This document shows, in pieces, positions 12,301 through 22,942 of a stretch of 64,000 bases of DNA (its first letter is position 1; the number at the start of each line of letters is the position of its first letter). Origin of the DNA: Amoebophrya sp. A120 (Eukaryota > Protista > Dinoflagellata); assembly GCA_905178155.1 (NCBI GenBank), contig CAJINV010000009.1:62001-126000 (forward strand). The letters are read 5' to 3'. A program made the translations under genes and the position numbers. The notes under the pieces were generated by a model. The model made no database searches. It was given only the letters and a program-made list of their open reading frames with translations, and was not told where the DNA came from.

Positions 12301-14147
12301 CCATTATGGAAGCGATTTGGCATGCTGTTGCGCCTAGGGGGCACCCGTTTGCAATGCTAAGCAACTAGACCTATACGCCCCTACCTAGGCCGAGGACCTG
12401 GCTGCGATGCCTTACTGCAAGACAAGTCCGATTTGTGTAGCCAAATCCTGCATCACAGATTTCCATTTCGATATGGGGAGGGGGGATTTTTCCCTTTGAT
12501 AGAGGACATGATGAACCCCGGGGACGAATACGATTCGAAGCGGCGCACGCGAATAAACCCTGCCGCTGATCTCGAGTCCGACAGCAACAGCTCACTCGGT
12601 CGCGGAACGTCGTCGAAGAACAAGAAGAGGAACAAGGACAAAAAGCGGTCCAAGCACGAGAACTCGTCCTCGAAATTGTTGAGCGAGAAGATCGACAAGA
12701 AGAAGTCGAAAAGGGTCAAGAAGGACAACAACAAATCCGACCGGGCCGTGGATAACAGCAAGAGGCGGACGAGAGGAGGTGCAGCTGCACCGGCGGACGA
12801 AGGCAACCTGCAGTCCGATATAGACGAGGACTCCGAGAACGACGGCGCAAATAACGTCGCGCGGCAGTCAAAGCGGGGCAAGAAGGACCACAAAAAGCAC
12901 CAGTTGGGCAGCTCGAAGGAAAATAAACCCTCCAAGTACGCCAACAACAACGATGTGAGCATGTCGCCAAATAACGCAGGCGGTCTCTCCGAGGACGACT
13001 TGGACATAAACGACAATAGTAAGATGCGCGGCGACCGGGGCGATCGGGCAGAAAAGAAGAAGAAAAAGAAGAAGAAAAACAAACACCGCGACAGCAGCGG
13101 GGAAGAGGAAAATAACCGGTCGTTTGAGCGGGAGTCCAAGCACGAGAGCAGGAAGGCGAGGGAGAAGTCCTCCAAGCCGGGCGGACGCCGGCTGTCCGAG
13201 GATCATCCGGACGGCATGAGCGACGCAGTATCCCAGATGACCGACGAGCGGAGCGACCAGGACAGGAGAAGCGTGCGCGGCCGCAGTCCGCAAAAATCAA
13301 GCATGTCGGACGACAAGGACATAGACACCAGGAACAAGGGCTTGAGGCTGGCAAGGTATAGGGTGGGCTACTATTTTTTGGTAGACAATTGTAGTATATT
13401 TTGATTTGTCAAGGTCAAGCTCATGATCCCCATGTGAATTAGAATGAATATTGGGGAACGAGAACGTAATGTTCAAAAACCCACCCACTGTAAGTCAATA
13501 TCATAATCCAAAACAGGAAACCTATTTCCCCGCCTCCGTCCGATGACCTCGCGGCCGCTTTCGACAACTATAACGAGAGCAAGTCCAAGCTCGCCCAGGA
13601 GCTGAAGTCACCCACACTTTCGATCAAACCCCGCGATCGCTCGACCTTCAACAGCGTGCAACTGAAGAAGAACGAGAAGTCCGGCGAGGATTTGTACGAC
13701 AACAGTATGAACATTCGATCCAACCTCGTGCCGGCCGGGCACTCCGGGAACGTGATGAGCAATCGTCTGGTCCCCAACGCCAACACGCAGCGACTCCGGT
13801 CGGAGCAGGTCGAGGGTGGGAGCAGCAACATGCACTCGAACGCCAGCTGGAAGAACACCAGCGGGGATGACGAGGACGACAAATGGGCGCGCGTACGGGA
13901 GACTAACCGCGAGAAAATCAGCCTCACCACGCGGGAATCGAGTCGCAGCGAGCCGTTTACGCTGCAGAGCAGCAGTGGGTACGACCGCAGTAACCGCATG
14001 AACCTGCCTACCTCGGTGCTCCAAAAAAACCAGGCCCTGCTCGGAGAGCCCATGCAGCCCCCGGAGGCGAACGAGACCGGGGTGCGAAAGCGCGGCCGCG
14101 GCTTCAACATCGCCGGGCACCTGAACTCAGTGTCGTTTCGGGGATGA
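9307..14147 (+). CDS. Hypothetical protein (~1301 aa): globular N-terminal domain then long K/R/D/E/S-rich region; exons 9307-9544, 9703-10090, 10209-10386, 10557-12178, 12507-13355, 13517-14147
   Basis: Four GT-AG introns (9545-9702, 10091-10208, 10387-10556, 13356-13516) plus one introner join six ORF pieces into one frame. Many poly-K, NLS-like clusters. Confidence 0.75.
12179..12501. mobile_element. Introner element (non-canonical intron), TIR family C
   Basis: TAT...ATA ends. Perfect 28-bp IR GGAAAAATCCCCCCTCCCCATATCGAAA (12187-12214 / 12466-12493), with imperfect pairing to ~100 bp. Direct repeat GAGGA at 12174-12178 and 12502-12506. Excision gives in-frame SSEED|MMNPGDEY. Confidence 0.92.
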
Positions 14148-15928
14148 TAGATCATAGTATCAAGTCTTATTTCGCAGACAAAAAATATCTGCTGGACTTG
14201 GTCGTTGTCTTGTAATTATACGACGAACGCTTACAACGCGACAAGGAAAAGCTTCATCGCGCATTCTTCTCCTTCCAATCAAGAGCTTCTAGGCATTCTA
14301 ACTTTTCAACTTTTATGGCAACTCTCTTTGACACAATCGTGTTTGACATGGCACTTCGTGTCTGCTCTCTGTGAAGCACAGAAAAGACGGCTGCACTGGA
14401 GCGATCAAAGCCTCCGCTACAGGCTGTAGTGCACACAGGAGACCACGAAGGTAAACTTTTCACTTTTTTTTCGTGTAATTTTTCGATCCCGTTGCGACAC
14501 TCTTCCTCGAGCAGCTCCGCGACTACGAATTTCGACTGTCATTTTGACAAAAAAATTTCTGTTGTTTGGGAAAGTAAGAACGTTAGCAAACATCACTGTA
14601 CACCACTTTTTTGGCGAACTTTTTCACTTTTTTTTTCGACGCAGGATCGCGCTCGTGACGAAATCAGAACTCACTCCTTAAGTACTTTATTCCCACCCAA
14701 TCAAGTATCTCTGTGTGATCTCAGCGTTTCCCACACCTTCTTCCCTCAACGACGCGTACCCAGTTAGCATGGGGTGACTGCCGGAGGAGCAAACCCCCTC
14801 GGAGGAGTCAATATCTTACCAAAAGACGCTAAGACACCCCCGTGCCGGGCCCGTGTTTAAGGATCTTTTTCCCCGGCGACTTTCACCCTTTGTTTCTCAT
14901 TGATTACCGAAGGAGGGTATATAACCTATACGCACTTTTTCCTACACTAGTTTTCACCTACCCTGCTGGTGCTGTGTCCGAGTCGATCTTATCAATCTCT
15001 TCATTCTTTTTCTGATTTACATTTTTCACTCTTGTCAACAAGACACGACTATTTGACTTCTAAAAAACATTTCCGATTTACTTTTGTCCGCCTCTAGAAC
15101 TTCTCCTGGAACAAATGCCTGATGGATCACTCAGTAGCAGAGGCAGAGAAGTAACTAGGGTGAAGTTGGATGTGTGACAACAGTAAATCAGGAAAAAAAA
15201 AACTTCTATTTTCAATTTGACTCAATTATACAATTACTGCGTTGGAAGTGTACCGATTTGATGGTTGAGCAGTATTTTCGCCAAATCGCCACTCCTTCCG
15301 CAAGTACCAATTTTCTTTTTCTCAATTTGACTCTGTTTGCGACGACATTTGACTTTGATTCTGATTTCATTGTGACAAAAAAGCCCGATGTTGATCATCG
15401 TTTTCACTTTTTTCTGAAGAACTTTTTTCTTACTTTTTGACACGCTCTTAGGAGTTGAAACTTTCTCTTCAGCTTGGCAAGAAAATCTAAGTATTCAACC
15501 AGTGCGACGCTTTCAATATAAAAGTAAAAAAACAAAAAAAATCCGCGCGAGCTCCCTTTTTTTCGTTTTTCAACCTGTTTTAATAGCCTTCTGATGGGTT
15601 GCAAGACCGAGGCGCGAACAAGCAGATTATCTCGATAAGACTTTCAAAAAATAAATAAAAAATCCCCGCTGTCGTTCTGTTTGATGCGAACTTCTGTCAA
15701 TAACAATATCAACTGCGCTGAGTGCGTTGCCAATGACTAGGTTCATCATTTCATCGTGACTAAGGCGTGTTCATAGGCGAAGTGGCGAAGCATGTTGGGT
15801 AGAGAGGCTACTGATCAACTAGAAGACCACTCGTGACGATCATCTGCAGATACATAAATACAGAGAGATTTTAATATTGTGTCGTGACAACAAAACTTAA
15901 ACTTTGCGAGAAAAACCCATTGAACAAG

Positions 15929-17774
15929 ATGACTACTACATCAATCACCTCGGTCTCGCCCCCCATTCGCCGCACGGAGATGCCGTTTCTTCTGCCGAAG
16001 CCGACCCGGATTTTTCTCCTGGCGTTTTTCTGCTACGTGCAGCTGCTTTGCTCTATGGTGCTGAACGGGTTCTTCACAATCGTCAAGCAGGTTGCAGCGT
16101 TCTACGGGGTGTCCGTTCAGCTCGTGAATCTTATGGGGACGATTGTGTATCTCTATCGACCGCAAACATGTCTTCAGTGTGGGAACAGACCATTGCACTG
16201 CTGCATAGACAGGGTGCGGATTTTAGAGTTTGTTCCATGTCGTGCATTCGCGCGGATTGTTTCTGTTCGAGAAACTACAAGTGAACTGCAATTATTTTCT
16301 CAGAAGCATTCCGGCACCGGTTCGATCGCGGCTGGTCTCATCTGGCGCTTGTGTTTCCATCAAGTATCGCATTTCTCTCGACACACACTGGGACATGTTT
16401 GCAACGCATAAGCCGCTGGCTGCGCTGAAGTTCCCTGCCATGTACTGGACCGAGCGGTTTGGCGTTATCCCGAGTTTGGTGTGCGGGATGGTGTTTTTCT
16501 CCATCGGCACCATGTTCATACGATTACTAGACTCCGGGGAGTCCTTCACTTGCGTGTTCGTTGGCACAGTGATTGCACAGCTCGGGCAGCCATTCTTCCA
16601 GTGCCTCGCCGCCAGCATTCCCGCTAACTATTTTTTGGAGAATGAGCGGGCAACCCCGACCGCGCTCGGGATCGCCAGCGACACGACGGGCGTGGGGGTG
16701 GGCATGTTTTTGACGGGCCTCCCGTATTTCGCGGACAACCCAAAGAATTTTCTGTACGTTTGTGCGGGACTGAACCTCCTCGCATGCGTGCTTTTCATCC
16801 CCATTCTGCTCTTGATCCCGAACCGCGGTGCGCGGAGCGGGTCCGAGAAGGAATTCTACCACGAAGACGAGCTGAATTTGAACTCGTTGACCGAAATCGA
16901 AACAGGTTCTTCTCCGACGAACAGGATAGCAGGAGGGCCGGAGAACAACACTACAGCGGAACTTGCAGACATGTCCGGATCAACGTCGAGGTCAACATCA
17001 AGAGGAAGGGTCTTCAGGAGAGGGACGAGCAGCGGTCGAATAAAAGGATTGTTCCGGTGTTCCTGCGACTGCCCGCTGTTTGACAACATGTATGTGCTGT
17101 TCACCAAATGCCCCGAATTCACCTACAGCTTTCTGGGCGTCTCCCTGCTCTTCGGGGTTTTCAACGCCCACCTCACCGTGATTTCCGAAGTTTTCCCCAG
17201 CGAAGCGTCGGCGAACATTTACGCCGGCATATTTTTCCTGGCGGGTTTGCTCGGAAACGTGATACAGGGGGGCCTGCTGGACAGCAACCGGATTTCCTTT
17301 CAGGGGATCATAAAGACCGTAATCGTGTTCTTAATCGTCCTTTTTTCCTGCACGGCGTTTATATGGACGACAGTGCCTTCCGCGTCCTCCCCCTGGCTCT
17401 ACGTCCTCGCGTGCCTGATGGGGCTGGGTGGCCCGGGCCTCGCGGCGACCAGCATCGGGTTCGTCTTGCGCAGTGGCAGCTACCAGCAGATCGTCGCGGC
17501 GTCGACACAGGAGTTGGTGAGCGGGAGTTCTGGGCGACGATCACAGAGTGCCGGGTCCGTGGAAGCGAAGGCGAGCAGCAAGAACCTCGAGTCAACAGTA
17601 ACCGGGCTGATGCTGCTGGGGTTTTGCCTCGTCACCGCCCTGCTGAACATACTACTCAACCCGGAGACCCTCGGTCCGGAGTGGGGCGGGGAGCGCGTGC
17701 TACCGTGGATCTGGTGGCTTCTGTCCTTACCAGGGTATTGGTTGCTGTGGAAGGCCTGCAGTCTGGATTTCTGA
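15929..17774 (+). CDS. Major facilitator superfamily transporter (FLVCR/SLC49-like); exons ~15929-16153 and ~16416-17774
   Basis: About 12 hydrophobic segments. Motifs 'VGTVIAQLGQPFFQCLAASIPANYFLENERATPTALG' and 'GNVIQGGLLDS' are typical of FLVCR-type MFS proteins. The two ORFs join across an introner. Confidence 0.85.
16154..16410. mobile_element. Introner element, TIR family D, direct repeat decayed
   Basis: Left end TATCGACCGCAAACATGTCTTCAGTGTG versus reverse complement of right end TATGCGTTGCAAACATGTCCCAGTGTG. Flanks ATCTC/AGCCG no longer match, but removing element+5 bp (262 nt) restores the MFS frame. Confidence 0.78.
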
Positions 17775-18398
17775 TCTTGAGGAAAGTCCGAGATCAAGGA
17801 CCGGCAGCGACGTTGTGAATTTTTCAATCTACTACAGTTGGAATTTACAGAGGGGGAAAGTCCTCTTGCAACAAATGAACCTTTAGGAGAGCCCTTTCTC
17901 ATGTGTAGTGGTTCCGCCCATGATGAAGATGTCGCGTCTCCTCTTGCTCGGCCGTGTACCAAAATAGATAAAGAATACTTCTCACAGGCGTGAACCATAC
18001 CGGACTACAGACTCTTTTGGTGCCATTTCGCTTCTTTGATTCAAATGGCGTGCTGTGTTGTATCTTCGAAACGGGCAGATGTTATATATGAAGTTTAACT
18101 TTACAGTTGTTTGGGTCTGCAGCTGCAACATCAGAAGTGTGTGCATATTTCAAAAGCCGACATCCAATTCCACCACGGTAATTATTGTGGAATTTGCAAG
18201 CGTATTCGGATTCCGATTCGCTACCAAGCAGCGTGCACAGTCTGTTGCGCTGCTGCTACTTGCTGCTGACGCTGTTCTACAACTCGTGCTATATAATTTT
18301 AGTCGGTTCACATAAAAAGCCCCCACTGAAGACACATGTCGCTTGTACTCTTCCCGCACAAACAAGTACTACATAATCAACACCTTGCCACCCACAAA

Positions 18399-19835
18399 AT
18401 GTCCGTTCTCATTACCGGCGCGAATGGCATGCTGGCAAAGCAGCTGCTGTACCACACGCCCGATCTCCGTACCTGGCTGCAGTCCCACAATGGTCTCCTG
18501 TATGCGTCTACGAGGACAAAATCGACGAATGGTTCATGCGCTGTTGGGGCAAAGAGCACATCGCAAAATGGGTACGATATCGAGGAGGCCGATGACGTCC
18601 TAAGGATCGTGCACTTTTTCGACGACTCGAACAACGAAAGCAGCTACTTCGAGTCTCCCGCCTTTGCTCATGCTGTGGAACACATCATCAAACCCATCGC
18701 GGTTATTCACGCCGCCGCGGTCAGCAGCCCGAAGGAGTGCGAGCAGATGAGTCCTGCTGAACTGAGAGGCTACAACACACCGACAAAGATGCTGGATGAA
18801 TTGTTCAGGTTTTGGAGTAGAGGTTCTTGTGACGAAAGTTCATCAGAAGTTTCCGGTCTTGAGAGGGTTCCTGCAGGTGCATCACTGCGGAGAAGCGTTT
18901 TTATCTTCTGTTCCACGGACATGGTGTACGCCGGTCGGGACGTCGCAGTTGCTAGTACGGCAGGTCTGGAAGACGACGCTAGCAAAAAAGGACAAAAGTT
19001 TTGCAACAGTCTTTGCTACTCTGAGTCCGATCCGACCGAACCGGTGAACGCGTATGGGAGAAGCAAACTCGCATTTGAGCAGGCGGCTGTCGCAAAGACT
19101 GAGGAGCAGCCGGTGAAAACAGTGCGGATTGGTCCAGCTCCTCCTGGGGACGAAGACAATGCGGACGATGATCCAAATCGTACTTCTATCAAGGTCTACA
19201 ATCTCCGTCTCAGCAACATGCTCCATACGGAGTCGCGCTTTTTGAAGACGCTGCTAGATGCCCACGAGAATAAGGAGACTTTATCTCTTCTCACCGACTC
19301 CCTGCGGAGTTTTGTCGCTTTGGAGGACGTGGCGCAGGCGATTTTCCAAATTTTGGCCAAGAATTTCGATGCAAAAGGCGCTGCGCCGGGAGAAGGGCAA
19401 AATAAAACGACGAGTTCTAGCTCTGGGATACTAAGCGCAGCGGCTGAAGAGGAGAAAAATATCGGTAGCATAGACATGCCTAGTCGTGAGCTTCCTGAGC
19501 ACGAAGCGGTAGCGAAGATCTACAATATCGGGGGCCCGGCAGGTCTGTCGCGACTGGACCTCGCGCGGATTGTAGAAAAGGTGTGCGCGCCGGTAGAGCA
19601 AGAATCACCGGCACCAATCGACGTAGAGCAACCAGCACAGACCAGCACTTCGAAAGAAACCTGGCCGCTTCAACCCTGTCTGACGAGAGACCTGGAGGCA
19701 AAAATGGGCTACACAGTGCCGCTGGACCTGACTATGACCAGCAAGAAATTTGAAAAGGAGTTTGGATTTCGCTTCCGGTCGATTGAAGATTATTTGCAGC
19801 AAGCGTTACCGAGAACAGCTAAGAACGCGACGTAG
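18399..19835 (+). CDS. RmlD-like extended SDR (dTDP-4-dehydrorhamnose reductase / MAT2B-like), with insertions
   Basis: VLITGANGMLAKQL (Rossmann fold), VIHAAAVSSPKECE, FIFCSTDMVYAG, YSESDPTEPVNAYGRSKL (YxxxK), IYNIGGPAGLSRLDLA, PLDLTMTSKK. Confidence 0.88.
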   Translation: MSVLITGANGMLAKQLLYHTPDLRTWLQSHNGLLYASTRTKSTNGSCAVGAKSTSQNGYDIEEADDVLRIVHFFDDSNNESSYFESPAFAHAVEHIIKPIAVIHAAAVSSPKECEQMSPAELRGYNTPTKMLDELFRFWSRGSCDESSSEVSGLERVPAGASLRRSVFIFCSTDMVYAGRDVAVASTAGLEDDASKKGQKFCNSLCYSESDPTEPVNAYGRSKLAFEQAAVAKTEEQPVKTVRIGPAPPGDEDNADDDPNRTSIKVYNLRLSNMLHTESRFLKTLLDAHENKETLSLLTDSLRSFVALEDVAQAIFQILAKNFDAKGAAPGEGQNKTTSSSSGILSAAAEEEKNIGSIDMPSRELPEHEAVAKIYNIGGPAGLSRLDLARIVEKVCAPVEQESPAPIDVEQPAQTSTSKETWPLQPCLTRDLEAKMGYTVPLDLTMTSKKFEKEFGFRFRSIEDYLQQALPRTAKNAT

Positions 19836-20511
19836 GCAGAGAAGTATCGCAAAAGTTAGCAGCCAGGCACAGCAATTCAGTGTTTCGCAGGTGCTGCACT
19901 GTGTAGTCCATTCCTTTCGCGACTCGTTTCGACACTGTATTTGTTCTTTGACTGTGTACAACAAAATTTCAGTTGGGTCTTTGAATCGTGAGTACAGGGA
20001 CTCGATCAGTCAAGACATATCCTCATCGTATCGACCACAGTAGTTGTGTGCCCTAGCGGTCGCGCAGGTGTTGTGTTGCGGTCGTGCAAGACTCAGCAGA
20101 AAAAGTTTGTACACGATGCGCACGCATTGTACCTTCAGACTAAAAATCGTGAAGCAACAGTTTCGTAATCATGGCAGGACCAGGAGTGGCAAATAACTCG
20201 AGCTGCGCAAAACTGACTGGGTCACTCGCACTGACATTCATTTCGTCGTGGTCGTCGAACTCTAATCCACAAGAATCCGAGAAGTCGCTGCGTAGAAGTT
20301 GAAATTTGTGGTGTATTTTCCATCGTGTGTCGTATACTCCTGCGTATCGTGTCATCCTGGCTTCCAAAATGTCTTTTGTTTCGTTGTAGCGTGCTGATTT
20401 TTTTTTGACGGAAACTTTAGTTGCAATATGGCCTTCATATTTCCGACGTGAGTCTCTTCTGCGCATCGTCCACTGTAGCTCCGCTCCTTCGAGGAGGGAA
20501 GCACGCCACAG

Positions 20512-22120
20512 GTGCACGTGCTCCCCCAAAACCCAGCACGATGCCGAAGAGAAACCGGTGTAAGAGCCGTTCGAAGTTCGCCGCTGTGGCCGTGGCGTCC
20601 GCTTCAGGGACCGCCAAACATGCTCTCGCGTACGGTGATGCGGCAAAGCGGCAAGCGGCAAGAGGCATTGGTGAACGCTCAGGGCAAGGTGGACGAGTTA
20701 GATGAACAGTTGGAGGAGACAGACATCGACGTGAACGCGGGGAATGCTGCTGCGGGAAAAGGTAAAAAGATTTTTTCTACCGCACACACACGCGTTAATA
20801 GCGTTTGTTCGTAGCATGATTTGATCTTTGTTTTGCTCCTGACTGTGAGTCGAAGAAGATGTGGCGTCGCGGAAGTAGATCTTGGATCTTTTCTTGAAGC
20901 CATATAATACTTTTATAACAGGGGAATCAGAGGACACCAGCTTTGTGCAGACCTCAAGGTTCCGCTGGATGCCCTCGTTCTTTGGAGGAAACGGCTTCAA
21001 GTGTTACTCGAATGGGGGAGCGTGTTTTTTCAGTAAGGACGGCTCAGGTCACCAGGCGCCGCGAGAATGCTGCATACCCTTCAACGACAAGACATGCGTC
21101 GAGAATCAATCTGCCGACAAAGAACAGTGCATACAAATCAAGAAGAACGGGGGAGAGTACAAGTCCGGAAACAACCATGGAGCGGAGTTAATAGAAGAGA
21201 TTCGGCAACGGAATGAACAGGCCCTCGATCCATTTAGTTGTCATCACGTCAGTATCCAGTGCAAAAATGTCTGGGTCTGGATGACGTTGCCGGAAAATGC
21301 AAAAAGCGGCTTTTTTCACTTGCGAGACATTTGCTCGATGTTTGCGCGGTGTTTGTAAACATTGGCAATATTTTCAAATATTGCGACCACTTCGAAGCAT
21401 TCACAAAACCGGACGGCCTTCCGAGCCCATGGCGCGCGGCAATCGCCTCGGAAGGCGTTCCGATTTTGTGAGTATTTGGAAAGGTTCAGAATATTCGCAA
21501 AGAAACTACTTCCGAATATGTTCGAAATCACAACACGCGGCTAGGTCCTCGGAAGGCGCTCCGATCTTGCGAATGTTCGGAAATGGTCACAATATTCGCA
21601 AAGAAGTTTTTTCAAATATCTTCGAGAATATTGCAGCGCGTGGCAGGCGCCCCGGAAGGCGCTTTGGGTTTGTGAATGTTTGAAAACGTTCAAAACATTC
21701 CTACAGAAATCATTCCCAAAAATATTCGAAAACATTTACAACGCGCCACTATCGCCTCGAAAGGCGTTCCGATTTTGTGGATTTTTAGAAATATCTACCG
21801 CGCCGAATACCTCGCTCGCGCGCGAATATCTCGCAAACCCCCTGCCAATATTTTCCGGACTTTGTTACTTTTCTGTTGGCGTCATGGTCATCCAGACCCA
21901 GACATATTTGCGCTGGATAGTCCACGGGAAGTGCTACATTCCGGCGCGTGAAGCGCCGAAACAGTGCTGCATCAGCGTCATGGTCGCCTCTGCGACAGAG
22001 CTAGTTGGGTACAAGTGTGTGGAGGGTGCGGCGGAGGGATTTAGGCACAAGCCGGTTTATTGTCAGGAGCTGTGCTGGGGCTTTGTGAAGCGTGCGGACA
22101 CAATCGACGAAACCCAGTGA
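20512..22120 (+). CDS. Small Cys-rich protein with a duplicated F-x-C-x4-G-x-C...AP-x2-CC-I module (start uncertain)
   Basis: A GT-AG intron (20762-20921) and the introner 21253-21919 join ORFs 20512, 20882 and 21680 in frame (FSCHHV|HGKCYIPAREAPKQCCI). Confidence 0.62.
21253..21919. mobile_element. Introner element, family A-related TIR, 667 bp with internal repeats
   Basis: TIR TATCCAGTGCAAAAATGTCTGGGTCTGGATGAC / GTCATCCAGACCCAGACATATTTGCGCTGGATA (2 mismatches). Flanks GTCAG/GTCCA match at 3/5. Removing 672 nt restores the frame. Confidence 0.88.
21370..21790. repeat. ~103-bp degenerate tandem repeat (4 units) plus one inverted unit, inside the introner
   Basis: CGGAAGGCG..CCGATTTTGTG..ATATTCGCAAAGAA-like units start at ~21449, 21550, 21653 and 21757. 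A reverse-complement unit lies at ~21370-21425. Confidence 0.8.
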
Positions 22121-22942
22121 AAACCGAAAGAAAATAGTAAAGGGCTGGAGGGAGGGCTTTCGGGGCACTCATTAGTTCGCCACTATTGCTATTCATTTTC
22201 AAACCTCCGCGACGTGGTCGGTAGGCGGGCGAGAATATTGAGTATCATTGTACGATCGAAACATCGACGAGGAGATAATTTTCGTTTTACTGAAAAACAA
22301 AAAGAGACAAAAAATGTATGCAGGATTGGTCTCACGCTGTCGATGATATGATGTGTTTTACAAGCGCGTCAGGAAACTTCTTCGCGTTCTATCTTTTGTA
22401 TCTGCAGCGTGAACGTTTGCACATGCAGTCTTCATTGTTATTCTCGCGGCTGCAGGTTGCTGCCAAGTCCATGCTTATTGTGTTCGGGGACTGGATCTGG
22501 ATTTTTCTTAACGGTCGGTGGCAGTAGAACTAAAACCAGGAAGGTCCCTGGTTTTACAGCAAGTTTGCACTGACTAGGTGCAAACAAATTTCCGGCGCGT
22601 CGTGATCTTCCTGATCTGGCTGTTCCTGATTGTTTTTGTTGATGATTTGATCTATATTTTGATTTGTTCTCGATTTTTTTCTTCATTGTATCTTCTACAC
22701 GTTTTGTTTCCTAGTCGCGTTGGTCGTTGTGGAAGCCTTTGAAGTGCACGTGAATGTGGCAAAGACGTTCGTGGTACACCTAGTACATTAATCTACTTCA
22801 GTCATATCCAGAGTTCCTTCTTTGTCTTTCACTCCCTTAGCGCAAGTTAGAATTGTCACAGTTCTGCGTCTCCCCAGCTGGGGACTTGTTGTGCCTGAGC
22901 TACAATAATCGTTTCCAAAAAGGTCACAGATAGGGCGACACA

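Noticed and set aside
12184-12368. Recurrent peptides RKNPPSPYR, YGEGGFF and KCKNVWVW in several ORFs as a conserved protein motif
   Set aside because: They are translations of introner TIRs, not protein sequence.
14770-14990. GC-richer intergenic patch with a small hairpin as a possible ncRNA
   Set aside because: No recognisable tRNA, snRNA, snoRNA or spliced-leader motif, so it cannot be supported by eye.
21440-21790. Regularly spaced repeats as a CRISPR array
   Set aside because: The units are degenerate along their whole ~103-bp length with no unique spacers, there are no cas genes, and the context is eukaryotic.
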